A stretch of 32,000 nt of DNA, taken from assembly GCA_041649575.1 (NCBI GenBank), contig JBAZMW010000001.1:60001-92000 (forward strand). The letters run 5' to 3'. Numbering within the stretch: the first letter of the stretch is position 1; the number at the start of each line of letters is the position of its first letter. Position numbers and translations under genes: made by a program. This document shows positions 7,458 through 15,612 of the stretch, piece by piece. Below the pieces are notes generated by a model that was not told the DNA's origin, did no database searches, and was given only the letters and a program-made list of their open reading frames with translations. The stretch comes from Patescibacteria group bacterium (GTDB lineage Bacteria; Patescibacteriota; Patescibacteriia; 2-01-FULL-39-33).

Positions 7458-9512
7458 ATGACTGGTTTAGAAACAAAAGTTAACCAACTCTCGGGCATTG
7501 GCAAGACCATTAGCCTAAGATTGAAAAGATTAGGAATTGAGACCATTGGCGATCTCATTTTTTATTATCCCTTTCGTTATGATGACTTCAGCCAGCTGAC
7601 AACCATTGACCAGCTAAAAAGCGGTTCGGTGACAACGGTTAAGGTAAGAATGGAGTTGCTTGCCAATCGTCGGACATTTAGAAAAAAGAAAATAATTACC
7701 GAAGGCGTAGCCAGCGACAGCACCGGTTCGATAAAAGTTATTTGGTTCAATCAACCCTGGATAGCCAAAAATATCAAAGTGGGCGAAGAGATTTATCTCT
7801 CCGGCAAAGTGGCCGGCAACCTGTTTGATATTTATCTCAATTCGCCACTTTATGAAAGAGCTGCTGCGGCCAACCTTAATACCGCCAGATTGGTGCCAAT
7901 TTATTCGATCACCGAAGGAGTTTCGCAAAAGCAGTTGAGGGCTTTGGTAAAAATAGCTTTGAATTTTGTGGGGAATGTTTCAGATTTTTTGCCCGAAAAA
8001 ATAGTCAAACAAGAAAGGCTATTAAGCCTGCCGCTGGCTTTGAAACAAATTCATTTCCCGGAAAACCACAAAAAACTAGCGGCGGCCAGAACCAGACTAG
8101 CCTTTGAGGAGTTATTCTTATTGCAGCTTTGGTCGCAACTGATAAAGAAAGAGCTGGATCAGAAGACTTCCTGGCCGGTGGTTTTTCAGCGGGAAAAAAT
8201 AAAGGAATTTATTGACGGTCTGGATTTTAAACTGACGACAGACCAAAAAAAAGCTGCTTGGGAAATCATCCAGGACTTGGAGAAGAAGCGGCCGATGAAT
8301 CGTCTGTTAGAAGGCGATGTCGGTTCGGGCAAGACGCTGGTAGCGGCTCTGGCCATCTTTAACACTGCTTTAAACGGCTATCAGAGCGTCTTATTGGCGC
8401 CGACAGAGATTCTGGCCCGGCAGCATTTTCAGACTTTTGATAAATTATTTAAAAATAAAGATTTGAAAATCGGTTTATTAACCAGGAGTAATAAACTAAT
8501 AAACCAAGAAGAAGTCGGTAAAAAGGAATTTTTGGCTCGTTGCCGGGCAGGAAAAATACAGATTATTATTGGGACGCACGCGGTTATCCAAAAAGAAGTG
8601 GCTTTTGCGAAGCTGGCTTTGGCAGTGATTGACGAGCAGCACCGCTTTGGTGTTGATCAGCGTCAGATTTTGAAAAAGCAGTCGGAGAAAACTCCGCATT
8701 TTTTGTCGCTGTCGGCCACCCCTATTCCGCGTTCCTTGGCTTTGATAATTTATGGCAGTCTGGATTTATCAATCATTAAACAGCTGCCGCCAGGCCGCCG
8801 GCCGGTAATTACCAAGGTAGTGGCTCCAGAAAACAGACAGTTGGCCTATGAATTTATCAGCAAAAAAATAACAGAGGGCCGGCAGGTGATGGTGATTTGT
8901 CCGTTGATTGATCCTTCAGATAAACTAGGAGTGCGTTCGGTGACGGAAGAATTTAAAAAGCTGGACCAGGAGGTTTTTCCTCATTTACCAGTAGGGTTGT
9001 TGCACGGCAGACTGAAAGCCAGCAATAAAGAAAAGGTGATGGCCGAATTCGTGGCCGATAAAATAAAAATTCTAGTAGCCACCTCGGTAGTGGAGGTGGG
9101 AGTGGACGTGCCCAATGCCACAGTGATAATGATTGAGGGGGCAGAACGTTTTGGTCTGGCCCAGTTACATCAGTTTCGGGGACGAGTGGGGCGTGGCCGA
9201 GAACAGTCCTATTGTTTTCTTTTCAGTGCTAGCCCGGACCAAGAAACGGCCAAAAGGTTGTCGGCAGTGACGGCAACCAGTGACGGTTTTATACTGGCAC
9301 AAAAAGATTTGCAACTAAGAGGCGCCGGTCAGATCTATGGCTATCGGCAGTCTGGTTTTGACGAGCTTAAAATCGCCAATCTTGATGATTTGCCTTTAAT
9401 AAAAAAAGCCCGTTTCTGGGCAGAAAAGATAATCAACGATGACTGTTTAGATAAATACCCTTTGCTGCTTGAAAAAATCGAAGCCTTGGGGCTCACCAGT
9501 CATTTAGAATAA
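7458..9512 (+). CDS. recG: ATP-dependent DNA helicase RecG
   Basis: [17 protein letters not shown] (Walker A), [10 protein letters not shown] (DEQH box), [52 protein letters not shown], plus the N-terminal wedge-domain pattern. Confidence 0.97.
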   Translation: [684 protein letters not shown]

Positions 9513-9527
9513 AAAAATAATCAATTA

Positions 9528-9557
9528 TTGACAAAAAATAAACAGGGGAGTTATAAT
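9528..9557 (+). promoter_or_regulatory. Sigma70-type promoter
   Basis: TTGACA (9528-9533), 18-bp spacer, TATAAT (9552-9557). Confidence 0.75.
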
Positions 9558-9668
9558 AAAATCACTCGTTCTTTCGATGATTGCCTGGCGAAAGGAGGTC
9601 AACCGGCTTTAAAGGCGATTTGTGAAAGAATAACGGTAGGGTTCATACAACAGGAGGAGAATGGTGGC

Positions 9669-9881
9669 ATGGAGACACGGGTGGTAAAAGCGGTGGAGCT
9701 GGCAACAGCAACGGCGGTGGTTTGCTCTGTTCGGGGCTGCGAGAATCGGCTCAACAGAGACAGGGCTGAACTCCTGCAGAGGCATGGGCTGAATTTGACC
9801 TGTGTACACTGCCAGGAGAAGATAGAGGCCGGCGCCTCGCACTTCTTCCAGGGCGGCGAGATCGTCCTCGCGCGGACATAG
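9669..9881 (+). CDS. Small four-Cys zinc-ribbon-like protein, about 70 aa
   Basis: METRVVKAVELATATAVVCSVRGCENRLNRDRAELLQRHGLNLTCVHCQEKIEAGASHFFQGGEIVLART. Upstream AGGAGGAG, C-x4-C-x20-C-x2-C pattern. The track start at 9528 is the -35 box TTG and so is unlikely. Confidence 0.6.
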   Translation: METRVVKAVELATATAVVCSVRGCENRLNRDRAELLQRHGLNLTCVHCQEKIEAGASHFFQGGEIVLART

Positions 9882-9905
9882 AGGATGGTCGAAAAGCATG
9901 CTCGT

Positions 9906-9947
9906 GACGGCTGTCGGACCGGCAAGGTTCGCGGCCGTCGTTTTTTT
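9906..9947 (+). terminator. Rho-independent terminator
   Basis: GACGGC (9906-9911) pairs with GCCGTC (9934-9939), followed by G and a 7-T run at 9941-9947. Confidence 0.6.
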
Positions 9948-9957
9948 GTTTTATCTC

Positions 9958-9985
9958 TTGACAGCAATCAGAAAATTGTTATAAT
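9958..9985 (+). promoter_or_regulatory. Sigma70-type promoter
   Basis: Consensus TTGACA (9958-9963), 16-bp spacer, consensus TATAAT (9980-9985), immediately after the terminator. Confidence 0.8.
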
Positions 9986-10073
9986 TCATCTTAAGTAGAC
10001 AGTTGTTCCTTGGTCTGGTTCCTTTGGGGGAGCCAGTTGGCTGCGAGTTCAAATAGGATAGGAGTACATTGAG

Positions 10074-10235
10074 ATGAAGATGAGGCTGACACCGCCAGAT
10101 AAGGAAATTATGGAGATACTGGCGGCCCACAAGGGCGGCCATATCACGGTGACGGAGGCAAGCCAGATGCTGAAGACGAAAGTAGGCTTGCCGGCGTCCT
10201 CACGAGAGAAGGAGCACCAGGCTCTGTGCAACTAG
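10074..10235 (+). CDS. Small ORF, 53 aa, unknown function (not in the ORF track)
   Basis: MKMRLTPPDKEIMEILAAHKGGHITVTEASQMLKTKVGLPASSREKEHQALCN*. Upstream AGGATAGGAG at SD distance and the consensus promoter at 9958-9985. Confidence 0.5.
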   Translation: MKMRLTPPDKEIMEILAAHKGGHITVTEASQMLKTKVGLPASSREKEHQALCN

Positions 10236-10295
10236 AGCCCTACTAGCGAGCCAGCGAGCGTCCCCAGGTTAGGAACGAGGTCTTCTGATGCGATG

Positions 10296-11648
10296 TTATT
10301 GCGTTGGAAGCCTCTTTTTTTTGCCGATAATTTTAACAAGCTCTCTGATATCACTAATAGAAACAACCCTTGTTTTATTAGTAGCAGCACCCTTGTTTGG
10401 CGGGGAGACGATTTTCTCGAAGTTAAGCTTGAGGGCTTCAGAGATAATTTTTTCCATTTGCGGTACCGATCGAATTTCGCCGGCCAGGCCCAGCTCGCCA
10501 AAAATCAAGAGCCCAGGGCTAACAGGCAGTTCTAAAAAGGCAGAAATTATAGCGGTAGCAACCGCTAAATCCACACCAGGGTCTTTTATTTTCAAACCGC
10601 CGGCAATATTTAGGTAAATATCCTGGTTATTAAGGTTGAGTTTGGCTATTTTGGAAATCACGGCAATAATTAACTGCAGACGATTAAGATCAAAGCCGGC
10701 AGCTTTTCTTTGGGGATAGCCAAAAACAGTTTTGGTGACCAGCGCCTGCACCTCTAGAAAAAACGGCCGTTGACCTTCTATCACTGCGGTGACAACCGCA
10801 CCAGTGGCCGGATAATTTTCTTTTTCCAAAAATACTTGTGAGGGATTGCTGACTTCTTTCAGGCCAAGGTCGGTCATTTCAAAAACGCCTATTTCTCCAG
10901 TGGAGCCAAAGCGATTTTTACTGCTGCACAAAATTTTATAAAAATTTTGGTTGTCATTTTCCAAATACAGGACGGTATCGACCAGGTGTTCCAAGCTCTT
11001 AGGTCCGGCGACCAGCCCTTCTTTGGTGACGTGGCCGATAATGATGATAGGGATGCCAGATTTTTTGGCCACTTCCAGCAGCTGACTGGTAATGGAGATA
11101 ATTTGCGCGGCCGAGCCCAGATTAGAGGCGGGATCATGAAAACGCATAGTCTGGATAGAATCAACAATAGCCAGTTCCGGCTTGACTTCTTCGATGGTGG
11201 CGATGATTTTACCGATGTCGGTCTGGGCCAAAAAACGCAGATTATTAAGATCCAGGTTGATTCTTTGGGCTCGAATCTTTACTTGATTGCCGGACTCCTC
11301 GCCGGAGACATAAAGAACATTTTTTAATTTATCGGAGATTTGCAGGCAGAGGGTCGATTTGCCAACGCCCGGATCGCCGCCGATCAAGATCAGAGACCCC
11401 TTGACTATGCCGCCTCCTAAAACCCGGTCCAACTCTTGAATTTTAGTAGAGAGTCTGGCCTGACTGATGTCGGGCAATTGCTTCAGATCTATTGGTTGGT
11501 CAGGCGCGGTTTTGGGCGTTTTTTTATCGTTGTTTTCAACGGCTTGCTCCTGAATGGTTCCCCAAGAGCCGCATTCCAAACAGCGCCCTTGCCACTTGGG
11601 ATATTGGGCGCCGCATTTGAGGCAGGAATAAATTAAGCTATGGGCCAT
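10296..11648 (-). CDS. radA: DNA repair protein RadA
   Basis: N-terminal zinc motif CLKCGAQYPKWQGRCLECGSW, Walker A IGGDPGVGKSTL, KNRFGSTGEIGVFEM (RadA KNRFG motif), C-terminal Lon-like domain. Confidence 0.97.
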   Translation of the reverse strand: MAHSLIYSCLKCGAQYPKWQGRCLECGSWGTIQEQAVENNDKKTPKTAPDQPIDLKQLPDISQARLSTKIQELDRVLGGGIVKGSLILIGGDPGVGKSTLCLQISDKLKNVLYVSGEESGNQVKIRAQRINLDLNNLRFLAQTDIGKIIATIEEVKPELAIVDSIQTMRFHDPASNLGSAAQIISITSQLLEVAKKSGIPIIIIGHVTKEGLVAGPKSLEHLVDTVLYLENDNQNFYKILCSSKNRFGSTGEIGVFEMTDLGLKEVSNPSQVFLEKENYPATGAVVTAVIEGQRPFFLEVQALVTKTVFGYPQRKAAGFDLNRLQLIIAVISKIAKLNLNNQDIYLNIAGGLKIKDPGVDLAVATAIISAFLELPVSPGLLIFGELGLAGEIRSVPQMEKIISEALKLNFEKIVSPPNKGAATNKTRVVSISDIRELVKIIGKKKRLPTQ

Positions 11649-11649
11649 A

Positions 11650-12435
11650 TTATTTTAGGTAACATTGGCAGGAGTAAGTATTAATGGTGTCTCCATTTTT
11701 TGGGGCGTGGGTGTAGACCAGGTTAGCGTATCTTTCAGAGCACCAAGAGAAGCAGAGTTGATCGGCGGCCTCCTGACTGTTAGCTTTAATGTCGGTGGGG
11801 CCATTACGATAATTCAGAGTAGTCGCTTTGTCACGGCAAAAACAGGACCATAAATTAGGACTACTGCCTTGCTCTACACGTTCAAACTCCTGGTTGTTGT
11901 TAGAACATTGGTTTTGGCATTGTTTTTCGGCTTCTTCTTTACTACCGGTAGAAGCTAAGCCGACTGGCTGGGTGCTGGCAGTGGGGGTTGTAACACTGTC
12001 TAAATGCGGCATCGTTATCACTGTCAGCTTGGGATTGATCAAATACAAAATAGTGAAAGACAAAAAAGCCAAGACCAGACCAATCAAGGCGGAGATAATA
12101 ATCTCTTTGGCCTGTCCGATCTCGGAACTATTGCCTCGAGAAGCCAGCCACTTGAATCCGCCCCACATCACCATCACCGCCGCCAAGACTCCCACGGCGC
12201 CGATGATTAGACGATACCAAATATTAAAGTAAGTGCCCAAGATGTTAGCATCGGTGACATTAAATTCTTTGGCCATATTGCCGAGAGGCACATTAAGGCA
12301 AACTTTTCCTGCTGGGCAAGAGCCGGCGGCTCCGGAGGCGGCTGCCGGAGTTTCTCCGGGGGTAGCTCCCAAAGCCAGAAGAGGAGCAGTAAAAAACAAG
12401 ACAACCAAAAATAAGATTATTATATTTTTTTTCAT
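11650..12435 (-). CDS. Secreted/membrane protein with VirB2/pilin-like two-TM core and Cys-rich C-terminal domain
   Basis: Signal peptide, LNVPLG motif, YRLIIGAVGVLAAVMVMWGGFKWLASRGNSSEIGQAKEIIISALIGLVLAFLSFTILYLINPKL, then two CxxxC...CxC modules. Confidence 0.8.
   Translation of the reverse strand: MKKNIIILFLVVLFFTAPLLALGATPGETPAAASGAAGSCPAGKVCLNVPLGNMAKEFNVTDANILGTYFNIWYRLIIGAVGVLAAVMVMWGGFKWLASRGNSSEIGQAKEIIISALIGLVLAFLSFTILYLINPKLTVITMPHLDSVTTPTASTQPVGLASTGSKEEAEKQCQNQCSNNNQEFERVEQGSSPNLWSCFCRDKATTLNYRNGPTDIKANSQEAADQLCFSWCSERYANLVYTHAPKNGDTINTYSCQCYLK
12002..12212 (-). repeat. Repeat copy A encoding the two-TM core
   Basis: Matches 13054-13264 at offset 1052 with 3 mismatches in 211 bp. 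Confidence 0.95.
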
Positions 12436-12449
12436 TTTATTGGCGGTTT

Positions 12450-13631
12450 TTAGAGACAGGACGTTTGCGCCCGATTAATGAACTGTTGTTCGCCATCGGC
12501 GCTTTCTAAAATATTGGCGTTACTGTTGATTCGGCTGGATACCCCCATACCCGGATCGGTTTTGAAAAAATTAAGGTAGTTGGTCCTCATATATTGGGCG
12601 GCTCCCGCTCGATCGCCAGCCCGGATTCTAGAAGCGGTTTCACTTAAAAATACTGAATTAGGACCAAATTGATAAGCGGTGTCTGCTAAAACCGCTTTAG
12701 CCTGGGGATCAAGTCTCTCCCAGCCGTCGCCATAAGCGTTGGCCGCTCCCGGCCAATAGGTATTATTGTAATTATTCCAAAACCAATTTTTTTCCGTTTC
12801 ATAATCGACAGAATTCGGCCTTTGGTCGCTATTATGCCCAAAGCCATAAGTATAGCCGTGCAGGTCGGCATAAGGAGTGCTGTTGTATCCCTCATAAGAA
12901 GCGGTAAAGGCATGATAATAATCAACGCCACCGGCGGTTTCTGAGCAAGGAACTTTGGCTTGGGAGTAATATGGCCCTGGCAGACCGTTTGGGTCGACAG
13001 ATAAAGAGATGCCTCTGGGAACAAGGTTGGTATGAACAACCTGCACACTATCCAAATGCGGCATCGTTATCACTGTCAGCTTGGGATTGATCAAATACAA
13101 AATAGTGAAAGACAAAAAAGCCAAGACTAGACCAATCAAGGCGGAGATAATAATTTCTTTAGCCTGTCCGATCTCGGAACTATTGCCTCGAGAAGCCAGC
13201 CACTTGAATCCGCCCCACATCACCATCACCGCCGCCAAGACTCCCACGGCGCCGATGATTAGACTAAACCAAACAGCAAGGTAGTCTTCCAGGCCAGAGG
13301 CGGTAGTTTTGGAGCCAAGAGGCACATTAAGCTTAATACTGATTGATCCTTTTGATTCTTCGGAATTAATTCCGACAGGGCCGCTGAATTGATCGAGAGT
13401 TTCTCCGGCGGCCAAGAAGGAGCGACAGCCTTGCTGGCAGGTTATCAAGAGAGAATCGTTGGCCGCCCTGGCCAGGCCCTGATTTTCCCTGTTTCCATAA
13501 TCCGTGTAACATTGGTTGACGCAGTCGGTGTATTTTGTTTTGTCGGCCAAAACATTTTTTGGCAACAAGCTGATGGCCAAGAGGATAATCGCAGGCAAAA
13601 TTATTCTTAACAGTTGTCGTTTGGTGATCAT
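12450..13631 (-). CDS. VirB2/pilin-like two-TM core fused to a C-terminal GH24 (T4-type) lysozyme-like domain
   Basis: Signal peptide, CxxxC pairs, LNVPLG, a near-identical two-TM core, then FTASYEGYNSTPYADLHGYTYGFGHN (E...D...T pattern) and LDPQAKAVLADTAYQFG...AGDRAGAAQYM, which align by eye with the GH24 C-terminal region. Confidence 0.75.
   Translation of the reverse strand: MITKRQLLRIILPAIILLAISLLPKNVLADKTKYTDCVNQCYTDYGNRENQGLARAANDSLLITCQQGCRSFLAAGETLDQFSGPVGINSEESKGSISIKLNVPLGSKTTASGLEDYLAVWFSLIIGAVGVLAAVMVMWGGFKWLASRGNSSEIGQAKEIIISALIGLVLAFLSFTILYLINPKLTVITMPHLDSVQVVHTNLVPRGISLSVDPNGLPGPYYSQAKVPCSETAGGVDYYHAFTASYEGYNSTPYADLHGYTYGFGHNSDQRPNSVDYETEKNWFWNNYNNTYWPGAANAYGDGWERLDPQAKAVLADTAYQFGPNSVFLSETASRIRAGDRAGAAQYMRTNYLNFFKTDPGMGVSSRINSNANILESADGEQQFINRAQTSCL
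13054..13264 (-). repeat. Repeat copy B encoding the two-TM core
   Basis: See 12002-12212; 98.6 percent identical. Confidence 0.95.
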
Positions 13632-14350
13632 CGGTTTAGTTCTATTTTGATAATGTTTTCGAAATCGGCCAAAGAAGCTTGTCCGGAGAGCTCCTGGCTG
13701 TTGATATAAAAATGAGGCGTACCAGTAAGCAGGAGCTCATCGGCTTCCTGGACATCTTGCTCAATTAGCTTTTCAATATTTTTGTCTGTTAAACAATCAG
13801 AAAAAAGTTTTTCATTTAAATTCAGTTTTTGGGCTAGCGCCAGAAGATTTTTTGCAGAAAAATTTTTTTGGTTTTGCCACAACAGATCGCTGTAGGCCCA
13901 AAATTTATTTTGTTGCCCAGCGCAGCGGGCGGCTTGATGGGCCAGATAAGAATCTTCTACTCCCGAAAAAGGCAGGTCTTTCCAAACTAGCCTGACCTGA
14001 TCCGGATATTTTTCAATAATTTTTTTCAACACATTTTGGGTGGCAGCGCCGTATTCGCAGGAGAAACTGGAAAATTCGAAAATGGTTATTGGCGCATTAG
14101 GATTGCCCAAAATTGGCGCTTGGGCTTTCATTTTTGGCTCTAGGAGTTTTTGTTCGGGCACATAACTGACCAAGCCATTGTCGATCACTGCTTTTTGTCC
14201 GGTAAGGGCTGCCGGGGCCGTGTTTTTTAATGCCGTCTGGGTTTTTTGCCGGGAGACGGAGGCCAAAGACAGCAAAAAGAAAGACACAATTATTATCGCC
14301 AAAATAACGAGAATACCTTTGAGATAGTCGGGAGTTTTATTTCTTGGCAT
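13628..14350 (-). CDS. Membrane-anchored DsbA-like thioredoxin-fold protein with active site CEYG
   Basis: N-terminal TM, LGNPNAPITIFEFSSFSCEYGAATQNVLKKI, LVWKDLPF, AARCAGQQNKFWAYSDLLW, GTPHFYINSQELSG. It overlaps the next gene by 4 nt. Confidence 0.85.
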   Translation of the reverse strand: MPRNKTPDYLKGILVILAIIIVSFFLLSLASVSRQKTQTALKNTAPAALTGQKAVIDNGLVSYVPEQKLLEPKMKAQAPILGNPNAPITIFEFSSFSCEYGAATQNVLKKIIEKYPDQVRLVWKDLPFSGVEDSYLAHQAARCAGQQNKFWAYSDLLWQNQKNFSAKNLLALAQKLNLNEKLFSDCLTDKNIEKLIEQDVQEADELLLTGTPHFYINSQELSGQASLADFENIIKIELNR

Positions 14351-14355
14351 CAGTT

Positions 14356-15594
14356 TTAGATCTTAACTTTGTAAATTTTTTTGGTATTATTGTCGGTGAA
14401 GAAAAGCGAATGAGTATCGGTGCTGATGATTAGCTGACCAATGGAATGATAGCCGTCGGGATTGGCAATAATTTTTTTCGATCCGGTACGCAGATCGATT
14501 TCATAAATTTGGTCGTTGACCTCATTGGCTACCTCCGGATCCAGGCCGACTCCGGCCGGAGGGTTAATGGGAACAGCGCAGAACAGGCGGTCATTGCCGC
14601 TAAAGGCGCATTTATTAGCCCAGGTAGTCAGGTCTAATTTGAGCCGGTTTTCGCCAATCGCTCCGGGCGTGGCTTCGGAAATCCAAAGTTCCGGCTTATA
14701 ATCGTTGTCGGAACTGTAGACGCTGTAGAGTATTCTTTGGCCGTCGGGCGACCATTTCCCTTGAAAGCCGCGGCCCTCCACAATCATCAGTTTGAAATTT
14801 TCATTATTTAGGCCAATAAAATAGACTTCGGAACGATTAGCGTCTTTGCCTTGAGTAAAGGTGGCCACCATCTGGTTGTTGGGCGACCAGTTGGAGTCGA
14901 ATTTATCTTCCACGCCGCCGATTCTTTCCAGGGTTTTGCTTTGCGAACCGTCATAGTTGGCAACTGCCAAAAAACGATTTTCTGGATCCAGGGCCAAGCT
15001 TTTGAAAACCAGCTTTTCGTCATTGGGGGAGAAAGAAAAATCTTCCCAATGGTTGGGCAGAGTCAGTTGCTTCTTGTTTTTGAAATCATAAACAATATTG
15101 GAGCCGTCCGGATATTCTAAAACGGCCTTTTCCAAGTTGTTAGACCAGCTGACATTCTTGACGTTATAGAAAATTTTGTCGCTGAATTCGCTGATTTTGC
15201 CGTCGAGAGAAAGGCGATAGAATTTGCCGGTTTTAGGATCATAATAGACCAGCTCGCCGTTTTGGGAACTGGAAACAAAATAAGCGTTATCCTTGCTTAC
15301 CAATTCGGTTTCATTGGTTGGGGCAGTGGTTGGTTCGAGAGTGGTTGCCGGGGTTTTGCCGTTGACGTTCTCGGTTGTCGGTAATTGGCCGTTAGCATCA
15401 ACAGTATAAATTTTGCCGTTAATATTCACAGTTAGCGGCAAGCGGCCATTAGCATTGGCATTAGTATTAATATTGGCGTTGGTTGGCGGCACAAAAAAAC
15501 TGCGGAAAAAAAAGTAATAAAGAAAAAAGCCAAACAAGGCAATCGCGACAATAAAAAGAAGGATGATCCCTATTTTTTTCCAATCCAGTTCCAT
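14356..15594 (-). CDS. Membrane-anchored TolB/WD40-like beta-propeller protein
   Basis: N-terminal TM, Asn/Thr-rich linker, repeated WSPDGQRILYS / FSPNDEKLVFKS / WSPNNQMVATF motifs. Confidence 0.8.
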   Translation of the reverse strand: MELDWKKIGIILLFIVAIALFGFFLYYFFFRSFFVPPTNANINTNANANGRLPLTVNINGKIYTVDANGQLPTTENVNGKTPATTLEPTTAPTNETELVSKDNAYFVSSSQNGELVYYDPKTGKFYRLSLDGKISEFSDKIFYNVKNVSWSNNLEKAVLEYPDGSNIVYDFKNKKQLTLPNHWEDFSFSPNDEKLVFKSLALDPENRFLAVANYDGSQSKTLERIGGVEDKFDSNWSPNNQMVATFTQGKDANRSEVYFIGLNNENFKLMIVEGRGFQGKWSPDGQRILYSVYSSDNDYKPELWISEATPGAIGENRLKLDLTTWANKCAFSGNDRLFCAVPINPPAGVGLDPEVANEVNDQIYEIDLRTGSKKIIANPDGYHSIGQLIISTDTHSLFFTDNNTKKIYKVKI

Positions 15595-15612
15595 GGTTGT
15601 TTAAATTATTTT

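Noticed and set aside
9528-9668. TTG start at 9528 for the 117-aa ORF
   Set aside because: The TTG is the -35 box and the -10 box lies downstream of it, so the transcript should begin after that codon.
9599-9967. Antisense ORFs 9599..9967 and 9609..9899
   Set aside because: They overlap the better-supported plus-strand small ORF and read through the terminator or promoter region, with no RBS and no recognisable family.
12002-13264. Possible transposon or CRISPR-type repeats
   Set aside because: Only two copies, each in frame within the same two-TM coding segment and with only synonymous differences. No terminal inverted repeats or spacers.
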